From: the human T2T-CHM13v2.0 reference genome, Homo sapiens
Direction: 5' to 3' (one strand)
Assembly: GCF_009914755.1 (NCBI RefSeq)
Contig: NC_060934.1
Length of the DNA stretch: 64,000 nucleotides
Shown: piece by piece, positions 37,677 to 50,038 of the stretch
How positions within the stretch are numbered: position 1 is the first letter of the stretch
How the letters are laid out: each line of letters opens with the position of its first letter
Notes under the pieces: model-generated
The model's input: the letters and a program-made list of their open reading frames with translations, nothing else
Told to the model about the DNA's origin: nothing
Databases searched by the model: none
Made by a program: the position numbers and the translations under genes

Positions 37677-39041
37677 AAAAAGGTAGACTATATAAACAGT
37701 AACCATAAGAGAGCAGAAATAACTATACTAATATCAGAAAAAATAGATTTTAAGATAAAAACATTACTAGAGATAATATGAGGCATTTTATAATGATAAA
37801 AGGCATTTTATAATGAGAAGAAAGGTCTCAACATCAGGAAGATATAACAATTAGAAACATATATATACCTAACACCACCATCAAAATACCTTAAACAAAA
37901 TTGAAGAGAGAAATAGAAAATTCAAGAACAATTGAAGGAGACTTCAACACTACATTCTTAATAATAGATGAAACGACTGGATAAAAAAATCAGCAAGAAT
38001 ATAGAAGACTTGACTGGCACTATCAGCTAACTTTACCTAATTGCCATCTACAGAATATTCCACCCAACAACAGCAGGATACATATTCTTTTCTAGTACAT
38101 AGAGAAAACATCCTTCAGGACAGATCATATTGTAAGACATAAAACAAATCTCATAAATTTAAAAGGATTAAAATCATACAATGGATGTGCTTTAATCACA
38201 ATAGAATTAAACTGGAATTCAACAAAAATTGAGAAATCCCCAAATATTTGAAAATTTAACAAATAATCCATTGATCAAAGAAGAAATCACAAGGAAATAA
38301 ACAAAATTAAAGTGGAATAAAAATGAAAATAAAATACATAAAAAGATATGGGATGCAGCTTAAGCAATGCTTTAGGGGGAAATTTATAGCCTTAGGTGCC
38401 TATATTAGAAATGAACAAAGATCTCAAATCAATAACCTAAGTTTCCTCCTTAAGAAAGGAAAAAAGAACGGAAAACTACACCCGAGCAAAACAAAGGAAT
38501 GAAATAATAAAAATTAGAGTAGATATCAATGATATTTTTAAAATAGAGAAAATACAGGGAAAGCGAAAGTTGGTTATTTGAAAAGACCACAAAACCGATA
38601 TACCTTTAGTTAGACTGACCACCGAAAAAAGAGAGAGAGAAGTCACAGATTACCAAAAGGGAACACCACTAAACAATCTCACAGTAATTAAGTTGATAAG
38701 GAACTACTATGAAAATCTTTGTGCCAATAATTTAGAAAACTTAAATAAAATGGTAAATTTTTTTAAAAAATGCAGAAATTATTAAAACTGACTAAATAAG
38801 ACACAGAAAATCTATATAGACACATAACAACAACGAAAACCCATTGAGGTAGTAATTAAAAATCTTTCCACAAAGAAAGCCCAGATCCGTATGGATTAGT
38901 TGGTGAATTCTATTAAATATTTAAATAAGAAACACCAATGCTTTACAAACTCAGAAAATGGAGGAAGAGGGAACACTTTTCAACTTATGTTATGAGGCCA
39001 ATATTGCCCTGACACCAAAGCCAGTCAAAGACATCACTAGA

Positions 39042-39342
39042 GGCTGGGTGCAGTGGCTCACGCCTATAATCCCAACACTTTGGGAGGCTGAGGCAGGTGG
39101 ATCATTTGAGGTCAGAAGTTCAAGACCCACCTGGCCAACATGGTGAAACCCCGTCTCTACTAAAAATACAAAAATTAGCCAGGCATTAGAGGTGCACACC
39201 TGTAATCCCAGCTACTCAGGAGGCTGAGGCAGGAGAATCGCTTGAGTCTGGGAGGTGGAGTGAGCCGAGATTGTGCCACTGCACTCCAGTCTGGGCGACA
39301 GAGTGAGACCCTTTCTCAAAAACAACAACAACAACAACAAAA
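39042..39342 (+). mobile_element. AluS
   Basis: Dimeric Alu with an (AAC)n tail and TSD aaagacatcac(t/a)aga. Confidence 0.9.
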
Positions 39343-41160
39343 CAAAGACATCACAAGAAAACTACAGACAAATATTCCTCATAACATAGATGTAAAATCC
39401 CCAACAAAATATTTACAAAGTAAGTCCAGCAACATATGAAAAGTATTATACACTATGACCAAGTGGGATTTATGCCAAGAACGCAAGGTTGATTTAATAT
39501 TAAAGCCTTTTAACTAATGTAAAATACCATTGTAATAGAACAAAAGACCAAAACTAAATTATCATCTCAATAGCTGCAACAACACCACCAAAACTCATCT
39601 GACAAAATGCAACACCCATTCCTGATAAATATTCCCAACAAACTGAATAGAAGGGAACTTTCTCAACTTGATAAAGCGTATCTAAGAAAAACCTAGACCT
39701 AACATCATACTTAATGGTGAAATATGGACTGTGTGCCCCTAAGACTAAGGAGAAGACAAGGATGTCTGCTCTTGCCACTTAAGAGTCAACATTTGTACTA
39801 GAGATTCTAGCCAGTGCAGTCAGGCAAGGGAGAGAAATAAAAAGCATCCAAATTGGAAAGAAAGAAGCAAAACTGTTATTATTCTCAGACAATATGATCC
39901 TACATACAGAAAATCCTAAGGAATCCACACACAGGAGGGGAAAAAATACAAAATCTAAAGAATAAATTCAGCAAGGTTGGAGGGGATACAATATCAATTT
40001 ATAAAATCAATTATATTTCTAAGTACTATTGATACACAATCCAAAAGTGAAATTATAAAAATACTTCCATTCCCAATTGCATCAAAAAGAATAGTATACT
40101 TAAGAACAAGTATTTAACAAAAGAAGTACAAAACTTATACACTGAAAACTACAAAACATTGCTGAGATAAATTAAAAATTAAATAAATGGGAGATAATCT
40201 AAGCTCGTGATAGGAAGATTTTGTATTGTTAAGATGGTAATTCTCCCTAAATTGATTTATAGATTCAATGCTATCCCATTAAAATTCCAGGAGGCTTTGA
40301 TGAAGAAATTAACAAGCTAATCCCAAATTTTACATGGAAATGCAAACACCCAGGATAGCCAAATTAATTTTGAAAAACAAAGGAACAAAGTTGGAGGATT
40401 TACATTTCCAAATTCTAGCACTCTTTGTAAAGCTATTGTAATTAAGACAATGTAGTCCTAGCATAAGGAAAGACATACAGATCAGCGGAACAGAATTAAG
40501 AGTATAGAAACAAAACTATGTATGGTCAATTGATTTTTTTTTTACAAAGGTGCCAAGATAAGTAAATGGGGAAAAAATGGTCTTTTTAATAAATGGTACT
40601 GGGAATCTCTATATCCACATGCAAAAAGACTAATTTATAGCCTTACTTCACAACGTTCACAAAAATTAACTCCTAATAGATTTAGGGCCAAATGTAAGAG
40701 CTAAAACAATGAAACTTTTAGAAGAAAATATAGGAAAAAACTCCTTGTTATCTTGGATTAAGCAAAGATTATAGCACCAAAAGCATAATCCATAAAGTAA
40801 AACCTCATAAATTGAACTTTATCAAAATTCAAAGCTTTTAGACTAAAAGATGCCATCAAGTTACAAAAGACGAAGTAAAAAAATTATTTGCAAATCATAT
40901 ACTTGAATTTTTAAAAAAATACGTGTATCCAGAATATATAAAGAACTCTTACAATTCAATAATAAAATAACCCACTTAAAAGAGCAAAAGCTTTGGGCTG
41001 ATATTTCACAAATTAAGAAGTAGAAATGGCTAGTAAGTACATGAAAAGGTGCCCAACAACATTAGTCACTAGGGAAGAGCAACTGTTTTCAGGTCCTTCT
41101 ATTTAATATCTATCTCTTCTATAAGGATGTAGGCAGTTATATTCATCTGTTATTTACTAT

Positions 41161-41488
<328 letters not shown>

Positions 41489-41879
41489 TAGTGAAGAAAG
41501 CCAAGAAATCTAAACATAATTTAAAAAGTAATAACCATAGGGCAGTAGAAAACGTACTTCACTTTCTATTAGATTTCCCAAGTTCCTGACATAGATTTGG
41601 TACTTACTGCTGCCTTTAGCAAATCACGTCACCTCTTTGAATGTGTTTCTTCACTTGTTTAATACTTTATCAGGCACTTTATTTAGTATTTTGAGGTCCA
41701 AATAGAAGAGTCTATTTGGAAGTGCTACATAAACTAAATACTATGCAAATATAGGATGACAATATTGCTGATAATTACAAATATAAGCCTCTAAGAGAGT
41801 AACACTAAGTCTTTGTAATCAACCGGTGGCAAGAAATAGGCATTTTATACCCTTTAAAATGAAAGATAAACACGTTATT

Positions 41880-42720
41880 CTTTTTAAATAGCTTCATTGA
41901 GATATAAAACACATACAATTCACCAATTTCATGTGTATAATTCAATGGTTTTTAGTATTTTCACACAGTTGTGCAACCATCACAACACATTTTAGAACAT
42001 TTTAATAATCCCAGAAAAAACTCTGTGCCTTTTAGCAGTCACCCCTCACCCCTCATGGGCTCCCCAGCCCTAAGCAAACACTAATCTACTTTCCGTCTCT
42101 GTAGGTTTGTCTATTCTGGACATTTCATATAAGGGGAATTATACAATGTGTTGTCTTTTGTGACTGGATTCTTTCATTCAGCATAATCTTCTCAAGGTTC
42201 ATCCATTTGTAGAATGTATCAGTACTTCATTTTGCAGCACATAGTATTTCTTTGTATGTATTTGTCACGTTTCATTTATCAAGTCATCAATTGATGGTCA
42301 TTTAGGTTGTTTCCACTTTTTTTGCTATTAAAAGTAATTCTGTTATTAACATTCATGTAGAAGTTTTTGTATGGATGTATGTTTTCATTTCTCTTGGATA
42401 TATATCTAGAAGTGGAATTGTTGGGTTACTTGGTAATTTTATGTTTAACTTTTTGAGGAACTACTGGACTATTTTCCAAAGTGGCTGTACCATTTGACAT
42501 TCCCACCAGCAGTGTGTGAAGGTTTCAGTTTCTCCACAACCTTGTCAACATTTGTTACTTTACTTTTCCTTTTTAAAATTTGGCCATCCTATAAGTGTGA
42601 AGTGGTATTTAATTGTGGTTTTGATTTGCTTTTCCATGATGGCTAATGATGTTGAGCATCTTTTCATGTACTTGCTTGTCATTTGTATATCCTCTTTGGA
42701 GACACAAAATATTTTGTCCA
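41880..42720 (-). mobile_element. Old L1 (L1MB-like) 3' end, minus strand
   Basis: agcttcattgagatataaaacacatacaattcacc...cattcccaccagcagtgtg...gatgttgagcatcttttcatg. Confidence 0.82.
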
Positions 42721-42829
42721 AAATATTCTTTTAACTGCTTCTTGTGTTGTCCTTAATATCAGTGAAACAAGACAGCAAATGATATTCATATTTCCAAGAA
42801 GTAGGTCTTCATCATGACTCACACTTTTT

Positions 42830-42924
42830 TTTTAATTGATAAACTTTATTTTTATTTTTAGAGCAATTTTAGGTTTACAGAAAATTGAGTAGACAGTACA
42901 AAGAGTACCCATATAATTTGTCCC

Positions 42925-42962
<38 letters not shown>

Positions 42963-43152
42963 ACAAACACACACAATTTCCCATTATTATCTTGCCTTGG
43001 TCTGATACAGTTGTTACAAATGATAAACTAATATTGACACATCATTATTAACTGAAATCCATAGTCTACATTTGGGTTTACTCTTCGTGTTATACAGTTG
43101 TGTGAGTTTTGAAAGGTGCAAAATGTCATGTATCCACCATTACAGTACCATA
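42830..43152 (-). mobile_element. Old L1 (L1MC-like) 3' end, minus strand, with (CA)n at ~42927-42974
   Basis: tttagagcaattttaggtttacagaaaattgag...ttgacacatcattat...gtatccaccattacagtaccatac. Confidence 0.7.
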
Positions 43153-43539
43153 CCTCTTTTTCTTTATAAATTACCCAGTCTTGGATATATCTCTATCAGC
43201 AGCAAGAAAAGGGACTAATGCAGTAAATTGGTACCGGGTAGTGGGCCACTGCCATAAAGATACCCGAAATGCGAAAGCAAGTTTGAAACCTGTTGCCCAG
43301 TTTCAAACTTGCTTTCGCATTTCGGGTATCTTTATGGCAGTGGCCCACTACCCGGTACCAATTTACTGCATTAGTCCCTTTTCTTGCTGCTGATAGAGAT
43401 ATATCCAAGACTGGGTAATTTATAAAGAAAAAGAGGTATGGTACTGTAATGGTGGATACATGACATTTTGCACCTTTCAAAACTCACACAACTGTATAAC
43501 ACGAAGAGTAAACCCAAATGTAGACTATGGATTTCAGTT
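43050..43539. repeat. Perfect palindrome: 240-bp arms (43050-43289, 43300-43539) and 10-bp spacer ctgttgccca
   Basis: Base-by-base reverse-complement comparison found no mismatch. The mirror ORFs 43109..43393(+) and 43196..43480(-) encode near-identical peptides. Confidence 0.97.
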
Positions 43540-43664
43540 GGAATAGTTTGAAGGGCTCAGAAGAAGACAGGAAAATGTGTGAAAGTTTGGAACTTCCTAG
43601 AGACTTGTTGAATGGCTTTGACCAAAATGCTGATAATAACACGGACAATGAAATCCAGGCTGAG

Positions 43665-43986
<322 letters not shown>

Positions 43987-44119
43987 TCAGATGGAGATGA
44001 GGAACTTGTTGAGAACTGTAGTAAAGGTGAATCTTGCTATGTTTTAACAAAGAGGCTGGTGGTATTTTGCCCCTGCCCTAGAGATATGTGGAATTTTGAA
44101 CTTGAGGGGGATGATTTAG

Positions 44120-44451
<332 letters not shown>

Positions 44452-46867
44452 TAAACAGTAAAGCATTCAGGATATGACTTGGGTGCTGTTAAAAACACTC
44501 AGTCTTAAAAGGCAAACTGCAGCCTGATGATGTGATAGAAAAGAAAAACCCATTTTCTGAGGAGAAATTCAAGCCTGCTGTAGAAATTTGCATAAGTAAC
44601 AAGGAGCCAAATGTTAATTGCCAAGACAAAGGGAAGAATGTCTCCAGGGCATGTCAGAGACCTAAACAGCAGTTCCTCCCATCACTGGCCAGGAGGCCTA
44701 GGAGGAAAAAATGGTTTTGTGGGCTGGGCCCAGGGCCTCCCTTCTCTGTGCAGCCTAGGGGCTTGGTGCCACTCTAGCCATGGCTAAAAGGGGCAAAGGT
44801 ACAGCTCAGGCTGTGGCTCCAGAAGGTGCAAGCCCCAAGCCTTGGCAGCTTCCACATGGTATTGAGCCTGCAGGTGCATAGAAGTCAAGAATTGAGGTTT
44901 GGGAGCCTCTGCCTAGATTTCAGAGGATGTATAGAAATGCCTGTATATCCAGGCAAAAGTTTGCTACAGGGGTGAAGCCCTCACAAAGAACCTCTGTTAG
45001 GGCAGTGTGGAAGGGAGAAGTGGGGTTGAAGCCCCCATAAAGAGTCCCCACTGGGGCACTGCCTAGTAGAGCCATGAGAAGAGGGCCACCACCCTTTAGA
45101 CCTCAGAAAAGCTCCAGAGACTCAATGCCAGCCCATGAAGGCAGCCAGGAATGGGGCTGTACTCTGTAAAGCCACAGGGGCAGAACTGCCCAAGACCACG
45201 GGAACCCATCTTTTGCATTGGCGTGACCTGGATGTGAGATATGGAGTCAAAGGAGATCATTTGGGAGCTTTACGATTTGACTGCCCTGCTTGATTTCAGA
45301 CTTGCATGTGGCCATTAGCCCCTTTATTTTGGCTAATTTCTCCCATTTGGAACAGCTGTATTTATCCAATGCCTGTTCTACCATTTATCTAGGAAGTAAC
45401 TAACTTGCTTTTGATTTTACAGGCTCATAGGCAGAAGGGAATTGCCTTGTCTCAGATGAGACCTTGGACTGTGTACTTTTGAGTTAATGCTGAAATGGGT
45501 TAAGACTTTGGGGTACTGTTGGGAAGGCATGATTGGTTTTTAAAAATGAGGACATGAGGTTTGGGAGGAGCCAGGGGTAGAATGATATGGTTTGGTTTGG
45601 CTGTGTCCCCACTCAAATCTCATCTTAATTGTAGCTTCCATAATTCCCATGTGTTGTGGGAGGGACCCAGTGGGAGATAATTGAATCATGGGGTCAGTTT
45701 CCCCCATACTGTTCTCATGGTAGTGAATAAGTCTCGCAAGAGCTGAGGATTTTATAAGGGGTTTCCCCTTTTGCTTGGTTTTTTTTTTTTTATTCAGTTC
45801 TGGCTGCTGCCATTTAAGACATGCCTTTCACCTTCTGCCATGATTGTGAGGCCACCCCAGTCACATGGAACTGTGAGTGCTTTAAACTCTTTTTCTTTAT
45901 AAATTACCTAGTCTCGAGTATGTCTTTATCAGCAGCATGAAAATGGACTTTATACAGCAGCTGTCCCACAAATGTTTTCTGTAACTATCTAACTGTGACA
46001 GTAACCAGAATTTTAGTGAGAGAACATGATTCTCCACCATGATAATGAACTCCAAGAACCAATGTAATTCAAACTTCACTCACTTCCCTTAATAATCAAA
46101 GGATAATTAACTTAAGTGCTTAAAAATGTAAGCTATGAATTTATGAATACATTTGTGCATTAATTTATACTTTTATTATATATTATTTGTTGGTTTAACA
46201 ATTTTCCTGATTCAGTTCTTCACTTCTTTCAAACTATAAGAGATTCCTCCAGTTCTAGCATATAAGAGTTTAATAGTTTAATAGTTTTAAGTTTATCCTA
46301 ACTTTACCTTTAGATACTAAACTCCTGGAGACTAGAATTTCTTTGTTCTGTATATTCACTCTGTGTCATAGTATGTTATGCCAAGCTATAAAGTAGTGGC
46401 CAGAGAAGGAATTCAAGGATTCCTCCAACTCCCATTTCACACTTGGCATATTTTGCAGGTGCTCCACACATACATAGTTAATGCAAGAATGACTAAATAC
46501 CATGAGAGTATGTTTCTGGATAAGAGTCTGTGGGGAAAGAATTGAGAAGATGAAGGTTGAAGGAGAGAAGCAGACAGGAAGAGAAAACTGAGAAAAGAAG
46601 CAGGTAAAAAGACTATATGGTTTCTTGTTTTTTTCTTCCTCCTCCTCTTTTCCCCTCCTCTCCTTCCCTATCAAAACTCTATGTTCTGAAAATACAGTTT
46701 TCTAAAGCTCTTAGCTGTGACCTACCCTCATAAATAATTGACAATATGTGTGAAGACTGTGACTGAATCTTATGTTTGGCTTTCACCTGTTATATACACA
46801 TAAAAATACAGGACCAAAATATATAAATGCACATTTATATATTATACATAAAGGAACATAAATGCAA

Positions 46868-49049
46868 TTCCCTGGCAAGATGGCCAAATAGGAACAGCTC
46901 CAGTCTGCAGCTCCCAGCAAGACCAACACAGAAGGCAGGTGATTTCTGCATTTCCAACTGAGGTACCCAGTTCATCTCATTGGGACTGGTTAGACAGTGG
47001 GTGCAGCCCAGTGTTGTATCTGGGCCAGCAAGCACTATCCATCACAGCATAGTCCCTCATGGCTTCTCTTGGCTAGGGGAGGGAGTTCTCTGACCCCTTG
47101 CACTTCCTGGGTGAGGTGATGCCCCACCCTGCTTCTGCTCACCCCATCATCTCAGCCCCAAAACTCCTTAAGCTGATAGCAACTTCAGCAAAGTCTCAGG
47201 ATACAAAATCAGAGTGCAAAAATCACAAGCATTCCTATACATCAATAATACACAAACACAGAGCCAAATCATGAGTAAACTCCCATTTACAATTGCTACA
47301 AAGAGAAAAAACCACCTAGGAATCCAACTTACAAGGGATGTGAAGGACTTCTTCCAGGAGAACTACAAACCATTGCTCAAGGAAATAAGAGAGGACACAA
47401 ACAAGTGGAAAAACCTTCCATACTCATGAATAGGAAGAATCAATATTGTGAAAATGACCATACTGCCCAAAGTAATTTATACATTCAATGCTATGCTCAT
47501 CAAGCTACCATTGACTTTCTTCACAGAAGTAGAAAAAACTACTTTAAATTTCATATTTCATATGGAAACAAAAAAGAGCCCATATAGTCAAGACAATCTA
47601 AGCAAAAAGAACAAAGCTGGAGGCATCACACTACCTGACTTCAAACTATACTACAAGGCTACAGTAACCAAAACAGCACGGTACTGGTACCAAAACAGAT
47701 ATATAGACCAATGGAACAGAACAGAGGCCTCAGAAATAACACCACACATTTACAACCATCTGTTCTTTGATAAACCTGACAAAAACAAGCAATGGGGAAA
47801 GGATTCCCTATTTAATAAATGGTGTTGGGATAATTGGCTAGCCATATTCATAAAACTGGACCCCTTACTTATACCTTAAACAAAAATTAACTCAAGATGG
47901 ATTAAAGAGTTAAACGTAAGACCTAAAGCCATAAAAACCCTAGAAGAAAACCTAGGCAATACCATTCAGGACAAAGGCATGGGCAAAGACTTCATGTCTA
48001 AAACACCAAAATCAATTGCAACAAAAGCCAAAATTGACAAATGGGATCTAATTAAACTAAAGAGCTTCTGCACAGCAAAAGAAACTATCATCAGAGTGAA
48101 CAGGCAACCTACAGAATGAGAGAAAATTTTTGCAATCTATCCATCTGACAAAGGGCGAATATCCAGAATCTACAAAGAACTTAAACAAATTTACAAGAAA
48201 AAAAACCCCCATCAAGAAGTGGGTGAAGGATATGAACAGACACTTTTCAAAAGAAGACATTTATGCAGCCAACAAAGATATGAAAAAACGCTCATCATCA
48301 GTGGTCATTAGAGAAATGCAAATCAAAACCACAACAAGATACTATTTCATGCCAGTTAGAATTATGATCATTAAAAAGTCAGAGAACAACTGATGCTAGA
48401 GAAGATGTGGAGAAATAGGAATGCTTTTACACTGTTGGTGGGAGTGTAAATTAGTTCAACCATTGTGGAAGACAGTGTGGCGATTCCTCAAGGATCTAGA
48501 ATTAGAAATACCATTTGACCCAGCCATCCCATTACTGGATATGTACCCAAAGGATTATAAACCATTCTTCCATAAAGACACATGCACACGTATGTTTATT
48601 GCAGCACTATTCACAATAGCAAAAACTTGGAACGAACCCAAATGCCCGTCAGTGATAGACTAGAAAAAGAGAATGTGGCACATATACACCATGGAATACT
48701 ATGCAGCCATAAAAAAGAATGAGTTCATGTCCTTTGCAGGGACATGGATGAAGCTGGAAACCATCATTCTCAGCAAACTAACACAGGAACAGAAAATCAA
48801 ACACTGCATGTTCTCACTTATAAGTGGGAGGTGAATAATGAGAACATATGGGCACAGGGAGGGAAACATCACACACTGTGGTCTGTCGTGGGGAGTGGGG
48901 TAGGGGAGCGATATCATTAGGACAAATACCTAGTGTAGATGACAGGTTGATGGGTACAGCAAACCACCGTGGCACATGTATACCTATATAACAAGCCTGC
49001 CCATTCTGCACATGTAAAAAAAAAAAGAAGAAGAAAAAAAGAAAAAAAA
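46868..49049 (+). mobile_element. Complex rearranged L1PA (L1PA7-like): 5'UTR forward 46868-47010, 5'UTR inverted 47011-47145, ORF2 3' part and tail 47141-49049
   Basis: ggcaagatggccaaataggaacagctccagtctgcagc is the L1 start. The next segment is the reverse complement of gagcagaagcagggtggggcatcacctcacccaggaagtgcaagggg. ORF2 ORFs span 47214-48663. A degenerate TSD (aaggaacataaatgca / aaagtacataaataca) is present. Confidence 0.85.
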
Positions 49050-49708
49050 GTACATAAATACATCATACATTTATCCACCTAAACTCAGGCTAAAAGCTTA
49101 ATAAATATTGAGGGAATGCATTAATCAAGCTGTGCTGCCAGAATCATAAGAATCATCATCTCTGACTTTCTAAGGTCAGAAACTTGATTTTACAAAATTA
49201 CTTAGTAGACAGGCTCCAGAGAACTGAGTCATATAACTAATTCTTATAAAAGAATAACATGTGAATGTATATAGGTCAGGTTATGGGTATGAATATATAA
49301 TATTGATTCAATAATTAATTATAGTAGCTTTTACTTGCTTATAGAAATGGGCAGATATATTTGGGAAGCACATTTATAGTTCATAATGTAGTTCAGTGTT
49401 CATTCAATTAGAGGTATTACATTATCTTAAGGTAATTTTTGTGATTAAGTATAGCTCTCTAGAGAACAAACACCATTTCCCTGAAATGGAGTTGGACTAG
49501 AATTTATATACACTTCCAGAGTTTGAGTCCCAGCTTCAAAAATTTCTCCAGTTCTTTCTTACTTTAGATTCACCAATGGTTAATATAAATGTAAAAATCT
49601 GTAATCATTACATTAATCAGTTACAGAGTTTACAATTTATGGACATTTAGGGAAATATGTTATATCCAAAGAAAGTAATTGTAAAAAAGTATGGTGTCAA
49701 GAAAGTCA

Positions 49709-50038
49709 TTTTTTTTTGTTTTGCTTTTGATTTTCTTTTCTTTTGTCTTTTTTTTTTTTGAGACAGGGTCTCACCATGTCACCCAGGTTCAAGAACAGTA
49801 GCATGATCATGGCTCACTGCAGCCTCAACCTCCCAGGCTCAAGTGACCCTCCAGCCTCAGTCTCCCAAGTACCCAGGATCACAGGTGCATGCTACCACGC
49901 CCAGCTAATTTTCTAGTTTTTTGTAGAGATGGGGTCTTGCTATACTGTGGCTGGTCTCAAACTCCTGACCTCAAGAAATCCTCCCATCTTGGCCTCCCAA
50001 AGTGCTGGGATTACAGGTGTGAGCAACCATGCCTGGCC
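49709..50038 (-). mobile_element. AluJ-like, minus strand
   Basis: gagacagggtctcacc...gcagcctcaacctcccaggctcaag, with TSD aagaaagtcatt. Confidence 0.9.

Noticed and set aside
43109-43480. Two near-identical 94-aa ORFs on opposite strands
   Set aside because: They are a direct consequence of the palindrome. They start at non-ATG codons and consist of L1/THE1 sequence, with no coding evidence.
43050-43539. Apparent CpG excess in the palindrome arms (4 per 240 bp) as a sign of GC-biased arm conversion
   Set aside because: The count is too small to separate from chance without outgroup alleles.
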